Origin: a virus
Taxonomy: Duplodnaviria; Caudoviricetes
Length of the DNA: 64,000 bases
Virus record (IMG/VR): IMGVR_UViG_2508501001_000004
Coordinates: 18,187 to 82,186 of that record
Reading direction: 5' to 3' (one strand)
The notes under the pieces are model-generated. The model was given only the letters and a program-made list of their open reading frames with translations. It made no database searches and had not been told where the DNA came from. Below, piece by piece: positions 52,898 through 62,407 of this stretch (its first letter is position 1; every line of letters begins with the position of its first letter). The position numbers and the translations under genes were made by a program.

Positions 52898-55094
52898 TTT
52901 GCTCCACCTCCTTGGATTCAAGCGTTCCTAGGTCTGTTATGCCCCAGCCTTCCAATTCAGGAAGCAGTGTTTTTACTTCCTCACCGCTGACCCACTTCGT
53001 TTCATACAAGTCGACCACTCCGGCAAGTATGATGTTGTCAATTTTGTCTGAGAGCTTGTCCATGCCGGCCAGAGCCTTACGAAAATTCGTCCGGTCAAGG
53101 TTCTCTATGTTGTCTATGGCTAACACCTTCAAAGGTGGATTTGATCGTTCCAAGAAGGTCACCAGCATGGCAATTAAGAGTAGCAGCTGCTGCCCAGTGC
53201 TCAGGGCATCAAAGTTGCGCTCATCACCAAAATCGTTTTTCCAGCCGAATTGGAACACTTCTTTACCGGTATCTGATTCGGTTGAAAAGTAAAACTCATT
53301 GTCTATGCCCATAAGCCCTAGGTTTGCCTGGATATCTGCACGTATGGGTTCTAGAATGCCTTTTACAAGTTCACCCTGTAGTCCCTTTGGCCCCAGAGCT
53401 TCGGACAGATCCTTAATGCATTGAGCATTGTAGGTCGCCGTCTTGGAGTCAATCATGGTTGACTTAAGGTTGCTTAACATGATCTTAGCCTTCTCCTGCT
53501 CCTCGAGCTTGGCCTTTAGGTCTTTGATCTGTGCCTTAAGCCCTTCGCTCTGTTTCTCCAGTATTTCCAAAGGGGCGATGACCTCAGGCGGAAGGTTTTT
53601 AAGTCTTGCCAATTCTCCCTGATACATCTTTAGCTGATCACTGATCCGTGCCGCAGCATTGATTTCTTCTGCCTTTTTCTTCTCAAGAACAGCAATCGCT
53701 TTTCGGGTTTCATCGTTTACTTGATTCAACGTGGTTTGTTGTTTATGGGTTGCTGTACGCTTAAGATCGATATTGCTTTTACTTACCTCAAGGCCCTCAA
53801 TTTCTTTACGGATTTCCTTCAGCACGGCCTGCTGCTCAGCTTCCTTTTGCCCCAATATGGCTAATTGTTGGCCAAAGACCGTTGCCGCTTTGCTAAAATC
53901 CTTATCACATCCAATCTTAGGATGTATAACGCAAACCCTGGCCGCTCCGTCATTATGCGATTGCTCATCAATCTGCTTTAAGGTTGACTCTAAAACACCT
54001 TTTTCGGCCTGAATTTGGGCTAGACTCACATAAGCTAGCCGGTCACGGTCCATCGCCTCTCTTAACTGGTTATTGACGGTTTCTAACTCCTGATCAAGAA
54101 TTGCAAATGCCGCCTTAAAATCGAATTCCTTAATCTGCCCTTGGAGATCCACAATCTTCAAATCGTAATTTATCTCGGGTTTTGGACCAGGCTTGAGCAG
54201 TGTTTCAATCATTGTACTGAGATCAGCGGTCCTAACAAGTCTCTGATCGATCGCTCGTTTGCGTTCTCTATCCCGGGCCAACTGACTTTCACTGCCGGTG
54301 AGTTGTTGCTGCAGCTGCTCCAGTTCAGCTTTGTGTTGTACGATATTTCGATCTGTCTCGGCTAGCTGGTTTTTCATGTCGGCGAGCTTCTTTACTGCTC
54401 CTACAGCATTCTTCTTTTCATCGTTCCAGTGGGTCTGTTTTGCCTTTGCCCATTCAATCATTGACTGTAAGCCTGCCTGGATATCGTCAGCAGCGGGATA
54501 CTCTTTCATCGCGTCCGTAATTAGTCCGTTCATAATTTTGTATTGATCGGGGTTGTTTACCTCAAGATCCATCGTGAGGAGTTTCGTCCGTAAGTGCTTC
54601 TCAACGCTGGCTCGATCCCAAAGATCGGATTCGATAGAGGATAAGCTATAAATAAAATCTCTGCGTTTGGCATCTGATAATGAAAGGAATTCATTAAAGT
54701 CCATCATCACCGGGAAGTTGCCGACCTCGAAAGCGATCCTTGCCTCTTTATCCGCCGCCTTCTTTTCGCCACGACTTGGGGATAAATCGATTCCCTGGGA
54801 AACTGAAACGTTATTAGCCCCGTCTTTCCCGCTCTTCTCGGTCCTTGTAAAGGTTCGAGTAAATGTTAATGTATCGGTGACTAACCCAACGGACATAGTA
54901 TCGGCGCTCGACAGCTTGAACGTCTCAGCCGGTAACTTTCCCTTGCCTGGCACGTATCCTAGAAGCGCAATGCCTATGGCTTGTAATCGCGTTGTTTTGC
55001 CTTTACCATTGGGTCCTACTAGGATGTCCTTGCCGGTGAGTTTTTGGTTACTCATCTGGCCTTTGAGGTTACGCATGGTTATCTCTGTGATCAA
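52890..55094 (-). CDS. SMC/SbcC-like ABC ATPase with long coiled coil
   Basis: Walker A GPNGKGKT, signature LSTGQ, Walker B LAIDN; central CxxHxxxxC hook-like motif. Confidence 0.85.
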   Translation of the reverse strand: MITEITMRNLKGQMSNQKLTGKDILVGPNGKGKTTRLQAIGIALLGYVPGKGKLPAETFKLSSADTMSVGLVTDTLTFTRTFTRTEKSGKDGANNVSVSQGIDLSPSRGEKKAADKEARIAFEVGNFPVMMDFNEFLSLSDAKRRDFIYSLSSIESDLWDRASVEKHLRTKLLTMDLEVNNPDQYKIMNGLITDAMKEYPAADDIQAGLQSMIEWAKAKQTHWNDEKKNAVGAVKKLADMKNQLAETDRNIVQHKAELEQLQQQLTGSESQLARDRERKRAIDQRLVRTADLSTMIETLLKPGPKPEINYDLKIVDLQGQIKEFDFKAAFAILDQELETVNNQLREAMDRDRLAYVSLAQIQAEKGVLESTLKQIDEQSHNDGAARVCVIHPKIGCDKDFSKAATVFGQQLAILGQKEAEQQAVLKEIRKEIEGLEVSKSNIDLKRTATHKQQTTLNQVNDETRKAIAVLEKKKAEEINAAARISDQLKMYQGELARLKNLPPEVIAPLEILEKQSEGLKAQIKDLKAKLEEQEKAKIMLSNLKSTMIDSKTATYNAQCIKDLSEALGPKGLQGELVKGILEPIRADIQANLGLMGIDNEFYFSTESDTGKEVFQFGWKNDFGDERNFDALSTGQQLLLLIAMLVTFLERSNPPLKVLAIDNIENLDRTNFRKALAGMDKLSDKIDNIILAGVVDLYETKWVSGEEVKTLLPELEGWGITDLGTLESKEVEQSA

Positions 55095-56008
55095 AGCAGA
55101 TCACCCCCGTTTGAACCTTCTTGATTTTCTTCCTCATCGATACTAGTTGCCAAATCTTCTTCGGTAAGCTCGCTTGATGGTATATCGATAACCTCAACCT
55201 TTTTGTTGTTTACGGTAATCGGTTCGCCATCAACAGCTTTTTGAGCTATATCCAAAAGTTCTTGCTGGGAGAAATCGTGGGAGAATCCGACCACGTTAAC
55301 AACAGCGGTGCGAGCCTTTTCTGGTCCAGTTGGAACGACTAAGGTTGTCGCAAGTGCAGGGTGCTTCTTCATTGCGTTACGTTCGGCAATGGTTTGGGCT
55401 TTGCGCTCTGCAAAGAGCTTGTTTTGGACAAAAGTTTCGATGCAGGTCAAAATCTCTTTGTGACTGAAATCAGCCCAAACTCCCAAGTCTCCTTCGATTC
55501 GATAAAAGATCCCCTTTTGCTTGTCTTGATCCGTTAACATGGATTCCATACACAATCGCCCGGCTGCAGCATTAAATTTGATCTTTTTCACAAGGTCTTG
55601 GACAAAATACATTTGAATGTCATAGAGCAGTGTAGAGGTAGTGATAACTAAATTTCCGATTGGGCTTAAACCTATTGCCATTTTCTTAACCCATACCTTA
55701 CTGATGCTTCCGGAAACGGGATCTATGATCGGGTAAGGGTTCACAACCATTGATCCATCCGGCAAAGTTATTTTTTCAGGCGTAATAACAGAAACGCCAG
55801 CAACCTTGTTCATTTCGTTGTATCCAGCGCCTGTGATCATAACTTTCCCTTGTATTTCAGCGAGATGACCCTTTTTCTCGTCGAGTTTAATTTGTGCTTT
55901 GACTGCTTTAACAAGACCGGATTCAGTTCTCTTAACAAATACGGCTCCGTCACCCAAAAGGGCTACTTCCTGAGATTGTTCTTGGGTCTTCGTATCTTTT
56001 ACTGACAT
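55091..56008 (-). CDS. Hypothetical protein, possible ssDNA annealase
   Basis: 305 aa, acidic tail, coupled to SMC-like gene; no motif recognised. Confidence 0.65.
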   Translation of the reverse strand: MSVKDTKTQEQSQEVALLGDGAVFVKRTESGLVKAVKAQIKLDEKKGHLAEIQGKVMITGAGYNEMNKVAGVSVITPEKITLPDGSMVVNPYPIIDPVSGSISKVWVKKMAIGLSPIGNLVITTSTLLYDIQMYFVQDLVKKIKFNAAAGRLCMESMLTDQDKQKGIFYRIEGDLGVWADFSHKEILTCIETFVQNKLFAERKAQTIAERNAMKKHPALATTLVVPTGPEKARTAVVNVVGFSHDFSQQELLDIAQKAVDGEPITVNNKKVEVIDIPSSELTEEDLATSIDEEENQEGSNGGDLL

Positions 56009-56054
56009 TTTTCGTTCCTCACTCTCTTTATTTAGGTCTACACTTTTGAGTTAT

Positions 56055-56393
56055 CTATGGTACAATCAGGTTAGGATATTTCTTTTCAGCTTCCGCGCCA
56101 ACGGGAGCTTTTTTCATGAGCAGGTTTATAAGGGTTTCACCGTTCCAGTCAATAAAGTAGAACTCGTATAGCTCTCCATTACTAACTTCAACACCGACTG
56201 TCCCTCGGTACTCCATACCGGGAAATATTTGCTGCAGCACTTTGTCTATGTCTTCGCGGTCAGCGTCGAGTTTGGAAATAATAGTGACCTTCATGAGTCC
56301 GTTACCCTGGAAGTCAACACCTGTTTGGTCTACCGCCGGGTTTTCAACAAGGCTTTGAATGTCCGAGAGCTGTGTCGGAGTTAGCCTTATCAT
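56055..56393 (-). CDS. Hypothetical phage protein
   Basis: 112 aa, ATGA coupling. Confidence 0.6.
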   Translation of the reverse strand: MIRLTPTQLSDIQSLVENPAVDQTGVDFQGNGLMKVTIISKLDADREDIDKVLQQIFPGMEYRGTVGVEVSNGELYEFYFIDWNGETLINLLMKKAPVGAEAEKKYPNLIVP

Positions 56394-56737
56394 GCGACAC
56401 CAGCCATTCTAATCCTGATTACCTCAATAAAAGTTGCTAAGAATTCTCCGTTCGTCAACTCCCTGGAAGTACCAAATACCTTCTTAAGTACAGAGGGATC
56501 AGCACACGCAAACGTCCGTGCGTGACGAATACCTCTTTCAACTCTTGTGGCCTTTGTGTTATTCCTTTTGGCAACAGTAGGATATAAATCTGTAGTTAGG
56601 CTATAAATTGCATCTGGCTTTTCTTGGAGATATTTGATGGCAGCTTTAATGTACTCATATCCTCTTATATGAGCCGGAACTCCTAACTCTCGAAGAGTGT
56701 TGATGACTTCCAGGTCGAATTGATCCAGTTTTTCCAA
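56390..56737 (-). CDS. Stand-alone Spo0A C-terminal DNA-binding domain
   Basis: LRELGVPAHIRGYEYI, LYPTVAK..TKATRVERGIRHA, TNGEFLA; no receiver domain. Confidence 0.88.
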   Translation of the reverse strand: MEKLDQFDLEVINTLRELGVPAHIRGYEYIKAAIKYLQEKPDAIYSLTTDLYPTVAKRNNTKATRVERGIRHARTFACADPSVLKKVFGTSRELTNGEFLATFIEVIRIRMAGVA

Positions 56738-56751
56738 TTGAGCCCCCTCCT

Positions 56752-57165
56752 TTACTTTTCAATCCAAACTTCCACTTCCCAGACCCCGAATTCCAGAGCC
56801 TCCCGTCGGTTCTCAATATAAATATCTAACCTATTCCCTCGGATTGCTCCCCCTCGATCTGTGACTGTGTACCTATTCTGCAGCTCCGGAATATAGATTT
56901 CGGTCCCGAAAGCTATCTCTGGGTCGGCAGCTATGGTCCTGCCCTCTTCAACCCGTTCCCCGCTAGCTGTTATGCCTTTTCCGTCCATCCCCGCGTCATG
57001 AGCGCTGTAGGCCGTAACAATCATGATTCGGCGTTCATGCTTTGGCGCTGCACTACGGCTAATCGGCATTGCAGGGACCGACACCGGCGGGGATTGCTTG
57101 ATTGATGGCGGCAGCTCCGGGCAAATAGCATCCAGTGGAGTAAGACATAGGATCACTGCTACCAA
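56752..57165 (-). CDS. 3D-domain (MltA-like) cell-wall protein
   Basis: VTAY, ITASG, IAADP, DRGGAIRGNRLDIY. Confidence 0.88.
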   Translation of the reverse strand: MVAVILCLTPLDAICPELPPSIKQSPPVSVPAMPISRSAAPKHERRIMIVTAYSAHDAGMDGKGITASGERVEEGRTIAADPEIAFGTEIYIPELQNRYTVTDRGGAIRGNRLDIYIENRREALEFGVWEVEVWIEK

Positions 57166-57321
57166 CGGGATAACAAAAATCTTTCGAACTTCTAATCACT
57201 CCTATCATGGATAGCTTTTCAACATGGGCACATACGATGGCAAACCGGCATTGTTGGTAGTCTCTCAGCCCTGTGCATCCGCCACAGGTTTGCAGGTGAC
57301 TGATAAATCGTACATATAAGC

Positions 57322-57501
57322 TCACCGGCGCGCCCTCCCTCGCCTTGCTAAATAAGGGGTAAACAACACCGTATTAAGCCCGAGTGCCCAGCAGCCAGTC
57401 TTATCGCGTTCCCACCGGACTCCGCAGACGCGACAGCGGGCAACGGTTTTGCGCCTGCGAAAACTTATAGCCTGTCCACACAAACAAGTCGGGACCAGCA
57501 T
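57322..57501 (-). CDS. 59-aa Cys-rich protein
   Basis: PTCLCG...CRVCG; RBS GAGGAG. Confidence 0.55.
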   Translation of the reverse strand: MLVPTCLCGQAISFRRRKTVARCRVCGVRWERDKTGCWALGLNTVLFTPYLARRGRARR

Positions 57502-57507
57502 AGGGCC

Positions 57508-58611
<1,104 letters not shown>

Positions 58612-58624
58612 ATCAATTTCCTCC

Positions 58625-58825
58625 TCACGCGATAATCCCAGTAGCAATAAATATCCTTCGAGCTTTTAGATAGCTCCGAAATGACCTGACCGAGCCGGCA
58701 AAACTATCCAGCCCAAGCTTGTCTGGTGCATCCCCACCGGATTGTGCTATACTATGTTCAAGTGTAATTTTTAGCTGGTCTGTCGGGCATTGCCGTGCCT
58801 GGCAGATTTTTTTGTTGGCTTGCAT
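58625..58825 (-). CDS. Possible small hypothetical protein
   Basis: 66 aa, TAAATG coupling; weak. Confidence 0.35.
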   Translation of the reverse strand: MQANKKICQARQCPTDQLKITLEHSIAQSGGDAPDKLGLDSFAGSVRSFRSYLKARRIFIATGIIA

Positions 58826-59125
58826 TTAGGTCACCTCCTCCTTAGATTTGTTTTCCTTAAGAAAATCAGCCTTAATGCGCTTCTTAGGCAATCTAAGTAA
58901 AACCATTGCCCCAAAATCATCCAAACAACTTTCGCCCTCGATAGCTTCCGGAGGTACCAATATTTCGCATGTGATTCGAAAACACTTTTTGCCCTTACTC
59001 GGTGAATAAGTTGATTTGGGGTTAATTGGCGCTAAACACATGATGCTGTCAGGATATTTTTTTAGAATAACCTCTGTTACGTTTTCAGCATCCTTGGGAC
59101 TAATGTCGATATGGCAAGTACTCAT
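58826..59125 (-). CDS. Hypothetical phage protein
   Basis: 99 aa, coupled. Confidence 0.6.
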   Translation of the reverse strand: MSTCHIDISPKDAENVTEVILKKYPDSIMCLAPINPKSTYSPSKGKKCFRITCEILVPPEAIEGESCLDDFGAMVLLRLPKKRIKADFLKENKSKEEVT

Positions 59126-59496
59126 GGTTTCATCTCACTTTCTCCCATAGCTTCTAGGGCCCTGCGCCAGCACTCGCTACAATTAGGCGTTTCGCTACAG
59201 CCAAGGAAGTCCTGGAAGTCATCCTCCAAGCCAACCGTACTTGGGCAATGGGGTATGTTATTCATCGATTCCAGGACCTTTTCAAGCTGCAGCTTTAGGC
59301 GTTTATTTTCAGAGTTAAGTATTGAAATCTCCTTAGGGCTAAACCCTGTTTCCTCGTAGCCTGCAAGTGCTTCGAAGGACGCCTGCACACATTTAAGTGT
59401 GTTGTATGCTCCATCAATGGCCTGCTCGTGGTCCCTGACTCCGACCAAATACGGCATACCATTCTTAGGGCTCCTGGCAGTTAACCGTTCGTCCAT
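59122..59496 (-). CDS. Hypothetical phage protein
   Basis: MDERLT...LAGYEETGFSPKEI; Cys-rich C-terminus. Confidence 0.65.
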   Translation of the reverse strand: MDERLTARSPKNGMPYLVGVRDHEQAIDGAYNTLKCVQASFEALAGYEETGFSPKEISILNSENKRLKLQLEKVLESMNNIPHCPSTVGLEDDFQDFLGCSETPNCSECWRRALEAMGESEMKP

Positions 59497-59512
59497 GGTT
59501 TTCACCTCCGGT

Positions 59513-59665
59513 TCAAAAATCACAATACGCCTCTTCGGCCTCCCACTCAGTATGAAAATCCATTTCCGCTACCATCAGCGTTTCAAGCTGACTGATGGTC
59601 TTTTGATCAAGTCCAGCCTCCTTGGCCGCCAGGATCATGTAACCGATTGCGGCTGCGTTGGTCAT
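59513..59665 (-). CDS. 50-aa hypothetical phage protein
   Basis: MTNAAAIGYMILAAKEAGLD...TEWEAEEAYCDF. Confidence 0.65.
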   Translation of the reverse strand: MTNAAAIGYMILAAKEAGLDQKTISQLETLMVAEMDFHTEWEAEEAYCDF

Positions 59666-59985
59666 GGGGGGTTCGCCTCGCTTTCACCGATACGTTCTTT
59701 GCTCTTAGCCATTGCTTCGCTTACCTTTTTGCGAACATCAATTGCGAATTCTTTATTTTCGGCTTCAACGCTATCCGCATAAGCTAAAGCTGCAACCCTA
59801 GCATTGGGGTCCTTGTCCAATCGAAGAACAAGGTAAATGCCTTCTGGGTCTACATCTTCAAAAACAGGTTCAGGAAAACAATGACATTCATCTACTGACC
59901 TTGCCGCACAATGGCATGTATATCTTTCTCCTACACATTTCTGGATTTTGTATTTGTTTTTCCAACCTCCGTTTTTGTATCCCAT
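59662..59985 (-). CDS. Hypothetical phage protein
   Basis: YLVLRLDKDPNARVAALAYA; RBS GGGAGGG. Confidence 0.65.
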   Translation of the reverse strand: MGYKNGGWKNKYKIQKCVGERYTCHCAARSVDECHCFPEPVFEDVDPEGIYLVLRLDKDPNARVAALAYADSVEAENKEFAIDVRKKVSEAMAKSKERIGESEANPP

Positions 59986-60007
59986 TGGTTTCACCCTCCC
60001 CCCTGCA

Positions 60008-60322
60008 CTACGCAGGGATTTGCGCGTCATCAAACGTTTGCGTGGAGTAAATCGTTAAACTCAGATCGTCGCTATCATATCTAAGCCATTGCACTGTCTC
60101 GCCGTTTTTGCCCTCACGGATTGGCGTCGGGCAAATCTCTCCGCCAACAATGCGTTCGACGGCGGTGACTACTGGCATCATGTCGGCATCGGTTGTCCCG
60201 TGAACATGGATACCACAGTAATCTTGTCGTTGACTGATATTAATGCTCCCTACCTCCGGCATAGCTTTGAGTTGGAATAGGTCCAGGATCTGTTGATCTG
60301 TGAGTTGGGGCATTGGGTGCAC
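60008..60322 (-). CDS. Hypothetical phage protein
   Basis: 104 aa, RBS AGAAAGGAG. Confidence 0.6.
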   Translation of the reverse strand: MHPMPQLTDQQILDLFQLKAMPEVGSINISQRQDYCGIHVHGTTDADMMPVVTAVERIVGGEICPTPIREGKNGETVQWLRYDSDDLSLTIYSTQTFDDAQIPA

Positions 60323-60414
60323 TCTCCTTTCTGTTACAGGGTTTTCCCCCTATCTGTCGAATAGTGGTAATTGTCCGGATTTCCAAAATTCGATCATGAG
60401 AGGAGGGTTGTAAT

Positions 60415-60588
60415 ATGGTAGAGACAAGCCAAAAGATTCATGATCTCACATTGCTCTTTTTGAGCCAGAACCTAAATGCCAGCGGGTTATCCGCAGCGGA
60501 ACTCACCAAATTGTACTTGGAAACCGAAAAAGAAATCTCCGCTGTTTTCAAAGAATCAAAAGGACCCGGAGTATCATTTAAACCTTAG
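60415..60588 (+). CDS. Inverted 57-aa moron
   Basis: MVETSQKIHDLTLLFL...; RBS AGGAGGG. Confidence 0.55.
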   Translation: MVETSQKIHDLTLLFLSQNLNASGLSAAELTKLYLETEKEISAVFKESKGPGVSFKP

Positions 60589-60782
60589 AGGGACTTGTTA
60601 TACTCAATCCCTAACGAGATGTACCTTTGAAGCCGATCATGCAATTCGTTAAGATGCGCTGGGTCGGCATTTTCTTTTATCGCTTGTACAGCTGCTTCAA
60701 CCTGGTCCTGGATGACTGCTGGCAATACTTTCTTTTCTAGGTTTGCTATGCGCTCTTGAAGTTGTTTGACTTGATCTTCCAT
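60585..60782 (-). CDS. Small coiled-coil protein
   Basis: 65 aa, RBS AGGAGGTG. Confidence 0.6.
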   Translation of the reverse strand: MEDQVKQLQERIANLEKKVLPAVIQDQVEAAVQAIKENADPAHLNELHDRLQRYISLGIEYNKSL

Positions 60783-60801
60783 CCTTTCTCACCTCCTTTC
60801 C

Positions 60802-60861
60802 TTATGTGATGCCGTTTCGCTCATAGAGCTGGGACTCCGGATTGAGTAAGAGCTTGCTCAT
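60802..60861 (-). pseudogene. 19-aa stub resembling the N-terminus of Rha-family regulators
   Basis: MSKLLLNPESQLYERNGIT*; strong RBS AGAGGAGGGG. Confidence 0.35.
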
Positions 60862-61003
60862 GCGCCCCTCCTCTCTCTGCCTCCTCCTTGAGTAATTGCT
60901 TAAGCACTAAACCTGCTAACAAATCGATCCCTCTTTCAGGGTTAGGGTGTGGGACGAAATTGACGGTAAGATTAACCGTGATCTCTTGTGTCTTAGGTGA
61001 CAT
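60821..61003 (-). CDS. Small early protein
   Basis: MSPKTQEITVNLTV...GIDLLAGLVLK; RBS AAGGGAGG. Confidence 0.6.
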   Translation of the reverse strand: MSPKTQEITVNLTVNFVPHPNPERGIDLLAGLVLKQLLKEEAERGGAHEQALTQSGVPAL

Positions 61004-61018
61004 TCTCTTACTCCTCCC

Positions 61019-61270
61019 TTACTTATTAGCTCTTGCCCCGAGAGGCTCGCTTCTTTCTTTATCACTATTAGTTATATTATAGGGTAAAAAAATATTCTCC
61101 AATGTACAATTAAATAGTTTGGCCATTTTGATAGCAAGAGTGGGGCTTGGCTTTTTCACCCCTTCCTCCATTTGATACATCATCCCTGCACTTATTTTCA
61201 ACTTTTCAGAAGCTTCTTTCGCTGTTTTAATCCCAGCCTTTGTTCTTAACTGAGTAATGTGATTTGCCAT
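61019..61270 (-). CDS. Cro-like XRE regulator
   Basis: AKEASEKLKISAGMMYQMEEG..PSPTLAIKMAKLF. Confidence 0.88.
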   Translation of the reverse strand: MANHITQLRTKAGIKTAKEASEKLKISAGMMYQMEEGVKKPSPTLAIKMAKLFNCTLENIFLPYNITNSDKERSEPLGARANK

Positions 61271-61460
61271 TCTCTCACCACCTTTATGGTTATTTTATAA
61301 CTAAAAGAGATAATAATCAAGCGTAATTATAACCAATAGTGATTAATCGGGAGCTATTTCCTCGAGAATGCTCTATATAGCTTTATTTATCTCGATATAT
61401 CACTAAAAGTTATATTGATATATTTATAACTATCGGTTATAGTTATAACCAGAGGTGATA
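61060..61460. promoter_or_regulatory. Six 17-bp operators, consensus TAT(A/C)AC-N5-GT(T/G)AT(A/T)
   Basis: 61060-76, 61296-312, 61328-44, 61398-414, 61425-41, 61444-60. Confidence 0.75.
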
Positions 61461-61463
61461 ATA

Positions 61464-61886
61464 ATGATCGGAAGCAGGCTAAAGGAACTCCGAGCCAAAA
61501 AGCAGATTACGCAAGAAGAGTTAGGTAAAATTGCCGGGGTGACTACTTCAATGATCGGCATGTATGAGATTGATGCAAGAAAACCAAGCTTTGAAGTAAT
61601 AGAAAAAATAGCTGATTATTTTAATGTTACCGTTGATTATATCTTGGGGAGGGAAAGTAGTGCTGAGAATGAAAAGTTAAAACCTCTTACCCCAAAAGAA
61701 GAAAAGGATATCGCTAAGGATCTAGAAAAAATGTTATCCAACCTAGAAAGTGAGGATTCTCTCGCTTTTATGGGTGAGCCTATGGATGATGAAACTAAAG
61801 AACTTATGAAAATATCTCTTGAAAACTCCATGCGCCTTGCAAAACAACTTGCAAAGAAAAAATTCACCCCGAAAAAGTATAAATGA
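61464..61886 (+). CDS. CI/ImmR-like repressor
   Basis: ITQEELGKIAGVTTSMIGMYE..RKPS; EKDIAKDLEKML. Confidence 0.9.
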   Translation: MIGSRLKELRAKKQITQEELGKIAGVTTSMIGMYEIDARKPSFEVIEKIADYFNVTVDYILGRESSAENEKLKPLTPKEEKDIAKDLEKMLSNLESEDSLAFMGEPMDDETKELMKISLENSMRLAKQLAKKKFTPKKYK

Positions 61887-61906
61887 CGCTTTGACGGAGG
61901 CTTTAC

Positions 61907-62371
61907 ATGGATATTAAAGAAAAAGTGGACAAGCTTACACGCAGATACCATACAAATGAGCCGTTTGAAATTGCTGAACGCAAAAATATCCCCATCATCA
62001 TCGAACCATTAGGCGATATCTGGGGGTATTGCCATAGTTACAAGCGAATGCAAATCATTCACCTTAACAGCGAATTGGATTATATTGATCAGCGTTTCAG
62101 CTGCGCTCATGAATTAGCACATATTATCCTTCACCCAAGGATTAATACTGGTTTCCTCCGGATGCATACCTTCTTTTCCGTCGAGCGAATCGAACGAGAG
62201 GCCAATTGCTTTGCGGTAGAATTACTTATACCAGACTCGATGATCAGATCCTATGAGCACATATCCCGATCCATCTATGAGATGGCCTCAATTTGCGGGG
62301 TGCCAGAGGAACTGGCAGATTTGAAAAAGATTGAGAATCAGCGCACTAAATTTTTTTACCCTTTTCCCTGA
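61907..62371 (+). CDS. ImmA/IrrE-family metallopeptidase
   Basis: RFSCAHELAHIILH; EREANCFAVELL. Confidence 0.9.
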   Translation: MDIKEKVDKLTRRYHTNEPFEIAERKNIPIIIEPLGDIWGYCHSYKRMQIIHLNSELDYIDQRFSCAHELAHIILHPRINTGFLRMHTFFSVERIEREANCFAVELLIPDSMIRSYEHISRSIYEMASICGVPEELADLKKIENQRTKFFYPFP

Positions 62372-62381
62372 ACATACGTTC
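62370..62381. promoter_or_regulatory. LexA (SOS) box upstream of integrase
   Basis: GAAC-ATAC-GTTC, 26 nt before integrase ATG. Confidence 0.7.
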
Positions 62382-62407
62382 TATTTATTGAGAAAGGAGG
62401 ATACATA

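Noticed and set aside
50826-55094. Gabija or Lamassu defence system
   Set aside because: The ATPase is a coiled-coil SMC type without a TOPRIM domain or adjacent effector, and it lies within the phage early replication operon
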